DNA from: Calditrichia bacterium
GTDB taxonomy: Bacteria; Calditrichota; Calditrichia; JAJRVZ01
Direction: 5' to 3'
DNA: 64,000 bases
Assembly: GCA_963796965.1 (NCBI GenBank)
Contig: CAWCNS010000005.1
Coordinates: 1,024,001-1,088,000 of the forward strand
Position numbers and translations under genes: made by a program. Positions within the stretch are counted from its first letter, which is position 1, and each line of letters starts with the position of its first letter. The notes under the pieces were generated by a model that worked only from the letters and a program-made list of their open reading frames with translations, had not been told where the DNA came from and did no database searches. This document shows, piece after piece, positions 10,226 through 20,777 of this stretch.

Positions 10226-12019
10226 GTAGTGTCAAAAGTTTTTAACTTTTTAATGATTTAACTCTCTTATTTTTATATATTTATGCATAAATGATTTTGT
10301 CTCCCCCTATAATGGGTTGATTTTTATCGTTATTTCACCAGAGGAAAATGCTTATGACAAAAGTTCAACGTTTTGTTATTTGGATCTGTAAGCACTTTAA
10401 TCGCGAGCAAATACTCAATATTGTTGATGAACTTATCCAAGTGCTTAATGATAAAAACCCTGATCTTAAACCCAAAGATGATTTCAAAGATCAACATCCT
10501 AATTACCGTAAATTTAGTTCTGATCCTTTAGCGCCCCTTGACGCTGCTGATATTGTAAAGCCAAAAAAAACTTAAATTACAAAATTCTTATTGATGACTA
10601 TGAGTCCAGGCATGGCAAACCTCTTAAACCTGTAAATGTAAGAACTTCTAATAATCGAGTACCCAGAAGAACAAAATGTCCTCATTGTTCTGCTCCACAT
10701 CAGTACATCTATTTCAATGATGGAAAAAAACGTTCACAACTCAAATGCAAAGTATGTTTAGATGTCTTTCAACTTGATATCCGATTCCGCAAGCCCGTTA
10801 AATACTTTTGCCCTTATTGCATGAAGGCTCTATTCACCTGGAAAGAATACGATGAAGTCACTATTTATAAATGCCATAACCATAATTGCTCACACCGCAT
10901 AGAAAAATTAAGCACACTTAATAACGATGAGAAAAAACTCAGAAAAAAGCGATCGTCTCAGTTTAAAATAAATTATCAGTATCGTGATTATCATTATTCA
11001 CCGGGTGATTTAAAAGTTACCGGGCCGGCTAAACCCAAAGTCGATTTAAATCGTATTCATAATGATAAAAATATCTTTGCACTCATTCTCACCTTACATA
11101 TCTCATATGCCATTACTGCCCGTAAAACAGCACATATGTTACGTAACATATGGAATATTTCGATTTCTCATCAGACTGTTTTGAACTATGTTCAGACTGC
11201 TGCTTATTACTGCCATATATTCAATCTTAAAAACAAAGGTGAAATAGACGATATCAATGCCGGTGATGAAACCTATGTTAAGGTTAAAGGAGCATGGCAT
11301 TACGCATGGCTTTTTATCGGCTCGGTTTCCAGAAAAATTTGCGCCTATCACTTCTCTGACAATCGTGGGGCTAAAGCCGCCATCATCACCATGCTGGAAA
11401 CAGTCCGTACGGCAAAAGAAAAACAGGATATTACTTTAGTTACCGATGGCAATCCATCATATCATGGCCGGAATCCATTTCATCAATAAACTAAAAGATG
11501 AACTCAAACTCACGCTTAAAAAGGTCATCGGTTTACAAAACATGGATGAACGAATCCGAAGAGTACAGACCTTACAAACAAATGATAGAACGCCTTAACC
11601 GAACCTACAAATATCATATGCAGGCACAAAATGGTTTTGCAAATGTAAATGGCGCTGTTGCTAAACTGGTCCTTTTCGTTACACATTACAATTTTTTAAG
11701 ACCACATATCGCTCTTGAATTATAAAACACCCATACAAATACCTGAACTACGCAAGATTGATTCTCTGCCTGGTAAATGGGTGAAAATAATTTCTCTGGC
11801 CGCCTAAAACTATATTATTTCAAAGATCGTGTTTCTATTTATATTTTTTATCTTCTGTGTAAAACTATAGCCTTTTTGTCGTAATCAAGAAGAAATATGA
11901 TCTCCAAGTTCGTGGATGCCGGTACAACTTCTTATCAACGACAATTAAATTTCCCGATCTTCATCTACAATTAGATCAAATTTTAGTTTTTCATTTTTTC
12001 ATAGAACTTTTGACACTAC
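10226..12019 (+). mobile_element. Insertion sequence, IS6-like DDE element (~1.8 kb)
   Basis: Perfect 15-bp terminal inverted repeats gtagtgtcaaaagtt (10226-10240) / aacttttgacactac (12005-12019); AT-rich; encloses a transposase; no target duplication seen. Confidence 0.85.
10348..11807 (+). CDS. DDE transposase with N-terminal zinc ribbons (split by frameshifts)
   Basis: CPHC/CKVC/CPYC; AGDETYVKVKGAWHY, VTDGNPSY, KQMIERLNRTYK, HYNFLRPH; frame changes near 10570, 11463, 11545, 11720. Confidence 0.85.
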
Positions 12020-12033
12020 CTTAAAGGATGTTG

Positions 12034-12155
12034 TTACTCGTCGCTCGGTACTCGGTGCTCGGTACTTGGCTCTCGGCTCTCGATTCTCGGTGAAGGTTAT
12101 CAATCATCAGGAACGAGTTACATGAAACGAGAAACCAGAACGTGCCGAGCACCCA
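12034..12155. repeat. Heptamer-armed hairpin element (ctcggta/accgaga), copy 1
   Basis: Shares core ttctcg..gaa.gttatcaat...gaacgagttac with 13213-13330. Confidence 0.75.
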
Positions 12156-12169
12156 GATTATTTTTACTA

Positions 12170-13198
12170 CTACGGTATCGGCGCTATCTTTTTGGCTGCG
12201 CTGAGCATCATACCAAGAAGATCGATTTGAGCCGGATCGGTTACCCCTTTACCCAGGGCATTATGTGCCCTGGACCATAAGAGAACGGAATTTCTGGCAT
12301 CCCGAAGGGCTTTGTTGTAGGCGGTATGTACGGCTTGTAACTCCTCAATACCCATATAATACGATTCTATATCCGCCTTAAATTGTTTTCTCATTTCACC
12401 AACCGTACCAAGTTTATAAATAAGGCGTGATTCTAATTCCATTATATCTGCAGAAGTCGCTTTTTTGCCCGGAACTACAACTTCCCTCAATTGGGGGTCA
12501 ATAATAAAGACAGAATCTATGGCCATACTTTGACCGGTTCTGTATTGTTTCAGGTGATAAAGAGCCTGAATCGATCGTATCTGTGATTCCTGCATTTCAT
12601 TATCTGCCCAGAGTACCGGCTGATATTCATTCTGCCATTGTTGACTGACCTCAGCGTTAGCGGCATCCAGGTACATCTTTGCCTCATCAGCCAGATCGCC
12701 CATTTCAGATGCAACTTCATCAATAACCGGCTGGGCAGCAGAGAGAGCATCCAGTAAATTTTTTTGTTTTCGTACATTGTTAATAATCTGGTCCATTTGT
12801 TTCTGGGTCAGATTCAATATCGGCTCCGGCGTGTCGAGTACCGGGCGTGTGATACCCTGCAAATAATCCGCTAATCCGGCCGCTTTATCCTTGTCGGAAA
12901 TATTGGATTCGCCTAAGGTAACAATCTGGATAGAATAGGAGATGGTACTTCTGATGATATTTCGAATTTTATTCTTGCGAATCTTAAACGCTTCTGTGGC
13001 CGGTCCGGGTTTAAGAAACGTCTTCAGACGTGAGGCCTGGTGTTGCAGCAGGCTGTACTGGATGTCGCCGGCGACGGATATCATGCTGTTGGCAAAGGGG
13101 CTCAGATCCAGCCGCTTGGATGCCATGAACATACTACAACCAAATACCATTGTGCTGAATGCCACAACTAAAAAAAGTTTAATAATTTTGTTTATCAT
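12170..13198 (-). CDS. Hypothetical helical lipoprotein
   Basis: GGAGG RBS before MINKII; lipobox VFGC; intact ORF. Confidence 0.7.
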   Translation of the reverse strand: MINKIIKLFLVVAFSTMVFGCSMFMASKRLDLSPFANSMISVAGDIQYSLLQHQASRLKTFLKPGPATEAFKIRKNKIRNIIRSTISYSIQIVTLGESNISDKDKAAGLADYLQGITRPVLDTPEPILNLTQKQMDQIINNVRKQKNLLDALSAAQPVIDEVASEMGDLADEAKMYLDAANAEVSQQWQNEYQPVLWADNEMQESQIRSIQALYHLKQYRTGQSMAIDSVFIIDPQLREVVVPGKKATSADIMELESRLIYKLGTVGEMRKQFKADIESYYMGIEELQAVHTAYNKALRDARNSVLLWSRAHNALGKGVTDPAQIDLLGMMLSAAKKIAPIP

Positions 13199-13212
13199 AT
13201 TACCTCCCATGG

Positions 13213-13330
13213 TTTATTCTCGGTTCTCGGTACTCGGTATCGGTCTTGGTACTCGGTTCTCGCCGAAAGTTATCAATACTTATGAACGAGTTACGAGAAA
13301 CCAGAACCGAGAAACGAGTACCGAGCCCCT
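13213..13330. repeat. Heptamer-armed hairpin element, copy 2
   Basis: ttctcgg ttctcgg tactcgg ... gagaaaccagaaccgagaaacgagtaccgag. Confidence 0.75.
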
Positions 13331-13335
13331 TTTCC

Positions 13336-14106
13336 TCATTTTTCTGGTATATAAGAATATTGGGGTAAAAACCACCCTTCCACTGTTTCAACATCTCTTA
13401 CATACGTCATTGTTTCGGCCCACAAGGCGGCTCCTTCATCACCAAGCAATTTGGTTGCCTCGGCCAGGTCGTTCTGAAAATCAAGGGGATCTTCAGCCCA
13501 GGTGGTAAAGATGTATAAGGGATGCTCAACCCCGACCACGCCGGAAAAAATTCTAAAGCCAGACGTGACCTTTTTTTCTGCATATAATGTTTTCCAGGCC
13601 TTTAGCAGTTTCTCCATATTTTTCTCGAATCCAGGTGCCAGGAAAAAATAATTCCAGCGACGATAGGGTGTTTTTTCACCCCAGTAAATATTATCCGGAT
13701 CATATGAAAGATCAGAGCGATATTGCAGGACATAATTCCGGGAGGCAGCCAGGGTTGCGGTCAGATCTGCCCAGACCAGGTTAAATTCATCCATATTAAC
13801 TTTGCCGCTAAGAAGTTTAATCATACCTTTTTCAATATCTTTCAGACTATTCAGGGGTGTAATATGGACAAAATGATAATTGTCCTGGAGGTGCGTATAA
13901 TAACTAAAATCGCCAACCTTACCATCTGTTAATACAACTTTTAAATCAGATAAGCTCGCCTCATACGCAGCTGTCAGAGAAGGCTTGACAATATCTTCTC
14001 GTACATAGATATAATCCCATTCTGAGGCATTACTTTGTGCCATTAACAGGGTGGCATTTGACAGAAATGCCACAAAAACAAGCAGCATAAATATTATTTT
14101 TCTCAT
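13336..14106 (-). CDS. Exported hypothetical protein (possibly tandem NIPSNAP-like alpha/beta barrel)
   Basis: Signal peptide; two internal halves ending YRSDLSYDP and FLPQYSYIP. Confidence 0.55.
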   Translation of the reverse strand: MRKIIFMLLVFVAFLSNATLLMAQSNASEWDYIYVREDIVKPSLTAAYEASLSDLKVVLTDGKVGDFSYYTHLQDNYHFVHITPLNSLKDIEKGMIKLLSGKVNMDEFNLVWADLTATLAASRNYVLQYRSDLSYDPDNIYWGEKTPYRRWNYFFLAPGFEKNMEKLLKAWKTLYAEKKVTSGFRIFSGVVGVEHPLYIFTTWAEDPLDFQNDLAEATKLLGDEGAALWAETMTYVRDVETVEGWFLPQYSYIPEK

Positions 14107-14175
14107 CGTTTTATCCTTTATCATTATTTTCTATTTATATGCGTTCCTGCGTCGTAACAAACACATTTATTTTCT

Positions 14176-14287
14176 AACGCTGAGTTCGCGGAGTTCCGCA
14201 GAGTTATAAATATTTATTTATTCAGATATTTTATTTTTATGCATAATCAATAATACTTTTCTTCGCGTTCTCAGCGGTCTCAGCGTT
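14176..14287. repeat. Nonamer-type inverted repeat element with AT-rich interior
   Basis: aacgctgagttcgcggag ... cttcgcgttctcagcggtctcagcgtt. Confidence 0.6.
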
Positions 14288-14320
14288 TACTAAAGACACT
14301 AAATTTCACTTCAATTATAG

Positions 14321-14860
14321 TTATTTACTCACAGTATAATCTTTGCCCTCAAGGCATACTTCAAATGCTTTTTTAAAACCATCCACCATCTCCTGGTTTT
14401 GAGTTCGGCATTTTCCTGAGCAGCTTCTTTTTCATAGGCATCATTCATTTTTTTGTGACGACGTCCCCGAATGGCTCCGGCTGCGGCACCTATTGCGGCC
14501 CCTTTTCCGGCATCTCCGGCAATAGCACCGATCGCAACACCGGCTGCGGCACCGCGGGCTGCACCGCGTACAGCCGATCCATCATTTGACGTATCAACCT
14601 GTTTAGCTTCGACTTTTGTCGGGTTAATAGGATCGTATCCGGACTGTTCCACTGCCCACTTATAACATTCATATTCATCCTGGCTCTGCTGCTCCGCCGA
14701 TTGTTTTTTCGCGGGAAAAACATAAATACCAAGACTTTTAGCTATAGAAGTACCCTCTGTTTTAGCCGCATCCTGTGCCATTAGCTGCGGTGATAAAAAA
14801 CTCATAGATCAAAAGAATTCCGAAGACCAGTTTACTCAACACGTTAAATTTTACTCTCAT
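14321..14860 (-). CDS. Glycine-zipper (YMGG-like) exported protein (frameshifts at both ends)
   Basis: YVFPAKKQSAEQQSQDEYECYKWA; GAARGAAAGVAIGAIAGDAGKGAAIGAAAG; shifted frame ends FEVCLEGKDYTVSK. Confidence 0.75.
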
Positions 14861-14941
14861 GTATCTCTCTCCTTGTATGACTAAAAAATTCCAAATTCCC
14901 AATTCCTAATTCCATATTTTCATTTATATTTAATACTATTT

Positions 14942-15027
14942 CGCCCCTTCAGGGCTTATTAAATTTGGTGTGCATTCCTTTTCCAGGGGCGTTGCCCCTG
15001 GCTATTACATTACGCCCTTTCAGGGCT
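14942..15027. repeat. REP doublet (cgccccttcagggct ... ccaggggcgttgcccctgg ... cgccctttcagggct), copy 1
   Basis: Copies at 29668-29712 and 30101-30185; partial near 6290-6306. Confidence 0.85.
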
Positions 15028-15157
15028 CAATTCCCAATTCCATCTTTTATCCAGCATCCAAGGATCTCAGCATACCAGTTCTCAATTCCCAGCTATTCCA
15101 TCATTCCATACTTCGTAATCCTACATTTTCCCTTTATTTATGTCGGAATTACATTAC

Positions 15158-15973
15158 TTAAAAATGAAACGCCAACCCAAGCGTTGGACCGAATAAATTT
15201 ACTTTTAAATCAACGTCACGTGAATTATCTCCACTCTCCTCCATATGCATGAGTGCCAATCCCAGATTAACCGAAAAGAGATCCCAGGGACGATAATTCA
15301 GAGTTGTTTGAGCAAATATGGTCAGTTTTTTAGTGGCGAGGAATCCACCGATATCTCCGGATACCAACAGATGCCAGCGTTTGGCAATCTTTACAGATAG
15401 TTCGGTCCCAACTAAAAATGTAAACCAGTTGCTACTGCCTTCTTTCTTCTCTGAATTTTCCCCCAACGTGACTTCAAGATTTAAGAAATACAGTCGTCCC
15501 CCCATATAGACCTGCCAGTGATTAATGGGACCAAGCGGAGACTGATGCAAAAGATCATAACTGGCATAAATCCGGGGCATTATCATCTCAATCTTCGCGC
15601 CAAGAACAGATTTGTCATTCACTATAAACTTTGCCGACTTACCGATCGAACCGCCAAAGACATCGGCATGAAATCTCCATCGCTCCAAACGATAATTCAC
15701 TAACCCGACAAAATAAAAATCCAGGCCATATTCCGATGAGAAAATTTGATCAAAAATATTGTCGTCTTCAGGCTCTCCCTCTACTTCAATGCCGCCAACA
15801 GCAAATTTACCCGTAAATCCCGGTATCCAGAGTGGCAGTCCCAATGTCCATGGTCGATTGTTGTCTTTATTCAGCGCTGCCACAGTCGAATCGCTTTTTG
15901 CCGGAGTACCGGCAAATAAAGTTGTAGCGCCGGTTATAATGATTAAGATAAACCACCGTGATCGTTTTCTCAA
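15158..15973 (-). CDS. Outer-membrane beta-barrel protein
   Basis: Signal peptide, alternating beta pattern, terminal GPTLGLAFHF; true start may be ATG 15992 overlapping the upstream stop (frameshifted). Confidence 0.65.
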   Translation of the reverse strand: MRKRSRWFILIIITGATTLFAGTPAKSDSTVAALNKDNNRPWTLGLPLWIPGFTGKFAVGGIEVEGEPEDDNIFDQIFSSEYGLDFYFVGLVNYRLERWRFHADVFGGSIGKSAKFIVNDKSVLGAKIEMIMPRIYASYDLLHQSPLGPINHWQVYMGGRLYFLNLEVTLGENSEKKEGSSNWFTFLVGTELSVKIAKRWHLLVSGDIGGFLATKKLTIFAQTTLNYRPWDLFSVNLGLALMHMEESGDNSRDVDLKVNLFGPTLGLAFHF

Positions 15974-15988
15974 AACGTTTATTGACTC

Positions 15989-16270
15989 TCATGATGCCTC
16001 TTGGTCCGTTTCAGTTTTTACATACTCCACTGATAAAACCGGCAGATGCAGATCATAGAGCGTATTTAATACACCTGATAAAGCTGCTTGATCTGTTAAA
16101 AGCCCTTCCAGGGTAGTTACTGGTTTTTCATCCTCATGCAATTTGACGGTTATGATCATACCGGCCAATCGTTCAGACCAGCTATCCTCCAATTGCCCCT
16201 GGACGCGAATTCGATAAACAGCCGGTTTTTTACTGCTAAAGTTTTTAAAGGAATTTTTTTCAATGGCCAT
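15989..16270 (-). CDS. Small ACT-like hypothetical protein, paralog B
   Basis: YRIRVQGQLEDSW...TLEGLLTDQAALSGVLNTLYDLHLPVLSV. Confidence 0.8.
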   Translation of the reverse strand: MAIEKNSFKNFSSKKPAVYRIRVQGQLEDSWSERLAGMIITVKLHEDEKPVTTLEGLLTDQAALSGVLNTLYDLHLPVLSVEYVKTETDQEAS

Positions 16271-16328
16271 TTTTATCTCTCATAATTAATTATGTAAAGA
16301 CTCTTATTGACTTTATTTGTTCATCTTC

Positions 16329-16420
16329 ATTATAATGCATTTCTAACTGCTTAAATAGACCCGTTAGTTGTACTTTTTATAAATAAAGTTGTAATAAAGT
16401 TGTAGACTCTCCGTTCAGGG
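16329..16420 (-). promoter_or_regulatory. Conserved operator/promoter motif, copy 2, with perfect TATAAT
   Basis: Plus aaatagacccgttagttgta...aaagttgtaataaagttgtag; minus-strand TATAAT (16329-16334) is 22 nt from GGGTCT. Confidence 0.75.
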
Positions 16421-16484
16421 TTCAAAGTTCAGGGTTCTCCCGATAAAAGCGATCTTATCCTAAGATCTAATCGGGATGAAATCT
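16419..16484. repeat. Stem-loop element (cccgataaaagcgatcttatcctaagatctaatcgggatgaaatct), copy 1
   Basis: Copy at 17641-17712; diverged copy at 25538-25600. Confidence 0.8.
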
Positions 16485-16585
16485 ATCGAACGATGTTATA
16501 CCGGTATCAATGTCGAATGCTAAATCATGCCAAGATTTATGCCAAGATTTCAAAGGTTCACAGTTCGTTGATCCTGAATCTCATT

Positions 16586-16806
16586 TCGCTCCTCCGGAGC
16601 TTAACATTCATTTTGGAATCATCTTGCTATAAATATGCCGCCTCTCCGAGGCTGGTTTTTTCATCTGACAGTTAAAATTTTGAAATAGGCCGCAAGCGTT
16701 AAACGATAGCAATAATTAAGAATCAAAAAGCGCCGGAGGCGCGATATATTTATAGCAACACGGTCTCCCTGCAATGGTCATACCTCCAGAGGAGCGGCAT
16801 ATAAAC
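16586..16806. repeat. ~220-bp palindromic REP/MITE-like element, copy 1
   Basis: Outer arms cgctcctccggagct / cctccagaggagcg; inner arms tgctataaatat.. / ..atatttatagca; second copy 29836-30080. Confidence 0.8.
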
Positions 16807-16892
16807 AATTCTAAATCCCTAATTACCAGTTACCAATTACCAATTACCAATTACTAATTCCAATATTGTCCCAAACTCCATTACATCACGCC

Positions 16893-17619
16893 TCATTTCT
16901 GATCTCCCCAGCTTTTAAACAGCCGGTATCGAAAATAAATATTGGAGACACTTTGATCGGAAGCAAAAATTAAAGATTCCAATTGCCAGGTTAATTCAAA
17001 TCTCATGTGCAGATCACGCTTAAGACTACGATCGATACCTAAAGTTATCCGCATCTGTTCCTGGAATTGGCCCTGGTCTCCGGAGAGGTCCAAAAAGGCT
17101 TCCCCACCGGCTGTTACCTGCCAGAACCGATCCGCCTGAAGCCTTGCTGCCCAGCGATAGGAGAAATTCAATTTATAGCGAAACCGGATTGAGGCTTTTG
17201 CCTCCCAGGTTGATGTGTTGAAGTCAAAGCGTTCTTCAAACGGAAATAATGGGAAATCGGAATTTTCCAGTTGGGCCATTTAAATTGAACGCCCTGAAAC
17301 GGTCGGAACTCATACCGGTCTTGAACATCTTCATTGAAGGTAACAAAATTACCTATTCCGGAAGTATAGTAGAATATATCTACCCAGCCAGATCGCAATG
17401 ATGGCCTGACAACCAGCCGCCACCAACCGTAATTGTCAAATTCTCTGCGAATCCCGATGTCGCCATATAATTTCAGATCGGGATTGATATAATAAGCGGG
17501 ATTAACATCAATCCATAACTGTTTTTTTGCACCTGCATCCGATTGAGCATGAGATACATCATGCCAGGCAAAAACGAATAAAATAGCAGGAAAAAAATGA
17601 CGAGTTTTAACGTGATCAT
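16893..17619 (-). CDS. DUF2490-like outer-membrane beta-barrel protein (frameshifted)
   Basis: Joined frames give YEFRPFQG, SHYFRL(EER)F, RFRYKL, GGEAF, QEQMRITLG. Confidence 0.6.
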
Positions 17620-17640
17620 AATTTCAACCGTGCAAATAAA

Positions 17641-17960
17641 GTTCAAAGTTCTGGGTTCAGAGTTCTCCCGATAAAAACGATCTTATCCTAAGATCGAATC
17701 GGGATGAAATCTTTCCCGAAAAAAGCGTTATCCTCCGGATAACAATTCGGGACTAAATCATCCAAGATTTAGCCAGGATTTCAAAGGTTCAAAGTTGGAG
17801 TAATGGAGTAATGGAGTGTTGGTATAATGGAGTACTGGAGTGTTGGAGTATTGGAAAAACATTCGTTGCTTGTCCTTAGATTTTTGTACTTTCATTACTC
17901 CATTACTCCATAACCCCAATACATCACTCCAGTACTCCAGTTTATAACTCCAATACTCCA
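17641..17960. repeat. Composite repeat block: stem-loop element copy 2, octamer arrays and octamer-armed element copy 2
   Basis: 17641-17712 matches 16419-16484; 17758-17791 matches 16524-16560; 17837-17910 matches 8577-8665; 17895-17940 matches 20914-20952. Confidence 0.8.
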
Positions 17961-17984
17961 AAATTCACATACCTAAATACAGCG

Positions 17985-19538
17985 CTAGTTAACCAACTCC
18001 AACTCACCCGGCCGCCAGGTTTTGTCGATCCATGGTGCTAATGGACCATAAGCGCGAAGAATAATGAACCAACTCTTACCTGGAATAGATTGCACCCAAT
18101 TGCCTTCATTAACTCCTTTAGGTAAAGTAGGGGCAAAAACAACATCAATAGATCCATCCTTATTTTCTTTTACTTTTCCGCTTAAGCTGTTGATGCCGGC
18201 AAATTTCTGATCAGTCTGCAGCATACATCTTGTTTGAGGATCGTAAATAGTCACTGACCAATTGTCTTTAACCGGGAAGTTTGGAGGCAAATGCATTTTG
18301 TAAGTTTTAGCTCCATCCAAAGGTCTATGTTCTGAGTCCATACCTGCAATGCCATATTGCGAACCCGCGCCTGGTTTGGTTAATGCCATAGCCGGAGTTA
18401 CACATACCGCATTAAAATGCATCCATAAACGTGAATCCATCCGACGGGCACCATCTTTCAAAAAGTAGGTATCGTTATCGGCAAAAGCCATAACCCATTC
18501 GCTTTTTGTACCCGGATAATAATAGTGACCAGGATCGCGAGGTTCAATGGTATTCGCACGTGCATAGGCATTTCCAATATCAACCGCTTCTGTTAATAAT
18601 TTCTTCATGCGTGCATCCGGGTTGAAAGGCTGACCTTTTACTATACCCAAGGTTCTTAGTATCCCTAAGTTTTCTGCATCATAGAAACCTTCAGGTTCTT
18701 CCTGAATGATCTGGTTCAGGTCTTCGAAGAAAGTATAGTCATTGGGAGCAACGGTGTTATAGTATACACCGGACATATTTTTAAATTCCATTTTGGGTGG
18801 ATTGTCTTTTTGGGATAAGGGATATACTTTCAGGTTTTCCTTAATCCGTTTTGCAGCCGCTTCCACGCCGGTTTTGGTATATCCGCGCATAAAATTCCAA
18901 ACATTATAGGTGTTTGATTTATAGACATAATAACCATCAGGCACTTCACCTTCATACCCCGGAGGCAGTACCAGATATTTTCCGCCTTTTCCCTTATCAG
19001 GACCGGCAGCGCCCATATCGGTAATATATCTAAAGGCAGCATCATCTAAAATGCCGAGTACACCAGGAGGTATTTCGATAACGGTAGGCCCGTCTTTTTT
19101 AAGATCAAGAAATCCCCAGGTATATAACGAGGTGTTGTTGTAGGTAAGTGCCAGTGACTTGGAATCGCCCAATTGCTCCCATATTAATATTTGATTGCTT
19201 TTACCCATCCCCATATCACGATTTCCTTTGCGCAGATTGTATAAAGAAACGGCCGGTGTCATATTGATAAAAGCCTGCACAGCGCGTGCCCGATCTACAT
19301 ATTCATATACATTATCAATGGTTTTTCGATTAGGTACTCCATCGAAAAATTCCAGCGTTCCGATGGGTGATCCTATTAAATCCGGAGTCGTAATATTCTC
19401 CGGAATCGGTGTGGTCATTTTCATCACCGGTTTCTGGGTGACCATCTTGGTTTTGGACGCTTGTGCCCATGTCTGTGTCATAAAACCGGTCATGATCAAA
19501 ACGACCAGCAACATTGTGAATAGATGTTTTGTCTTCAT
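17985..19538 (-). CDS. DUF1254/DUF1214 periplasmic protein
   Basis: LTYNNTSLY, LDLKKDGPTVIEIP, GPDKGKGGKYLVLPPGY, WSVTIYD, DGSIDVVF, WRPGELELV. Confidence 0.9.
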   Translation of the reverse strand: MKTKHLFTMLLVVLIMTGFMTQTWAQASKTKMVTQKPVMKMTTPIPENITTPDLIGSPIGTLEFFDGVPNRKTIDNVYEYVDRARAVQAFINMTPAVSLYNLRKGNRDMGMGKSNQILIWEQLGDSKSLALTYNNTSLYTWGFLDLKKDGPTVIEIPPGVLGILDDAAFRYITDMGAAGPDKGKGGKYLVLPPGYEGEVPDGYYVYKSNTYNVWNFMRGYTKTGVEAAAKRIKENLKVYPLSQKDNPPKMEFKNMSGVYYNTVAPNDYTFFEDLNQIIQEEPEGFYDAENLGILRTLGIVKGQPFNPDARMKKLLTEAVDIGNAYARANTIEPRDPGHYYYPGTKSEWVMAFADNDTYFLKDGARRMDSRLWMHFNAVCVTPAMALTKPGAGSQYGIAGMDSEHRPLDGAKTYKMHLPPNFPVKDNWSVTIYDPQTRCMLQTDQKFAGINSLSGKVKENKDGSIDVVFAPTLPKGVNEGNWVQSIPGKSWFIILRAYGPLAPWIDKTWRPGELELVN

Positions 19539-19640
19539 TTTACTTCCTCCTAATAGGTTATTATAAATGGTGAATTAATGTTTTCTTATTTTTACTTCCT
19601 CCAAGTTCTGCTCGATTAATGATAACTGTTTTATTCTGAT

Positions 19641-19800
19641 GAGTAATGGAGTGTTGGAGTATTGGAAAAACATTCGCTGCTTGTCCTCAGATTTTTGTAC
19701 TTTTTACTCCATTACTCCAATACTCCTTAAGACTCTAAAATCCCAATACCGATTACAGTACTCCAACACTTAGACTCCAATACATGACTCCAATACTCCA
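19641..19800. repeat. Octamer-armed element copy 3 plus octamer arrays
   Basis: ggagtattggaaaaacattcgctgcttgtcctcagatttttgtac matches 17845-17890. Confidence 0.8.
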
Positions 19801-19805
19801 TTTCT

Positions 19806-20777
19806 TCAGTCAAACCACCCACCCTTTCGAAAAAACAGAAACATCCCCGTACCGATCAGGGCCATCAGACCCAGGGCCAATGGATAGCCAAAAGATAGAC
19901 CCAACTCGGGCATGATCTCAAAATTCATACCCCAGATTCCGGCCAGAAGCGTGATTGGGAAAAGATGGCGGACAAGACTGTGAGAATATTCAGCCGGCGG
20001 TTTGTTTTGTCCTGGGCATGCATTTGAAAACCGAGAGCGCAAATAGCGATATGTTCCGTCTACCGGCCCAGGGACCCAAATGCGCGCCTGCAGATTTACC
20101 AATGCACAGTTCATATATTCCTGAGCATCTTTGAGTTTAAAAAAAGGTTTATCGGTTCCGCTAAGGGCCTTTACCGAGCGGAAGCTGATCACCGACCACT
20201 GTTCCTAATGCCATCGACCTCCGATCGTGTATCCAGTATCTCATCCGCTTCGACCGAGTCCGGATCGCGATCCATACGCTCCTGCAGAGCAATAATTTTA
20301 TTCTCAACTGCAGTAGGTGTGCTGCAGACAAGCCTGAGCCAGATCAATCAGAATGGCTGAGAGCAATCCGGCAATACTACGATCAGGAAGCCACTCATCT
20401 GCCCCTTCGAATATGTCAGTTTGCTGCAGGTGCGAAACAGGCCTGTGGTGTACAGAAAGCAGCAGATTTTCCCGGCAAATAAAAGCCAGGTATTCCAAAT
20501 CCAGCGGGGCTTTAGTACCGACCAGAACAGGAATCACCATCAAAATTTCCTTTTTTAGCGGATAAAAACCAACCCGGTCACGTGCCTCAATACACAACTG
20601 ACGGGACAAGCCGCTGATTTTCAACTTCTCCAGCCATTCTTCGAGTTCCTCCGGCGTGAAGTCCTGTAAATCCACCCATACACGTGCATCCCCGTCTTGA
20701 AGCACTTCCGTTATTTCTTGTGGATCAAGCATGGTCAGTTGTAAATTTTCATTAATTGTAAGGCTTTGGACTTTCAT
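19806..20777 (-). CDS. corA: CorA-family divalent cation transporter (frameshifted)
   Basis: VWVDL N-domain; PITLLAGIWGMNFEIMPEL...GYPLALGLM...FFRKGGWFD signature. Confidence 0.8.

Noticed and set aside
17758..17961. Short ORFs rich in MEYWS/LHYSN (also 20774..20968, 26224..26430)
   Set aside because: They are translations of the octamer repeats, not credible proteins
19538..19602. Duplicated ttttacttcctcc (RBS-like) upstream of the DUF1254 gene
   Set aside because: Only 13 bp, and the distal copy is not followed by a start codon; too weak to interpret
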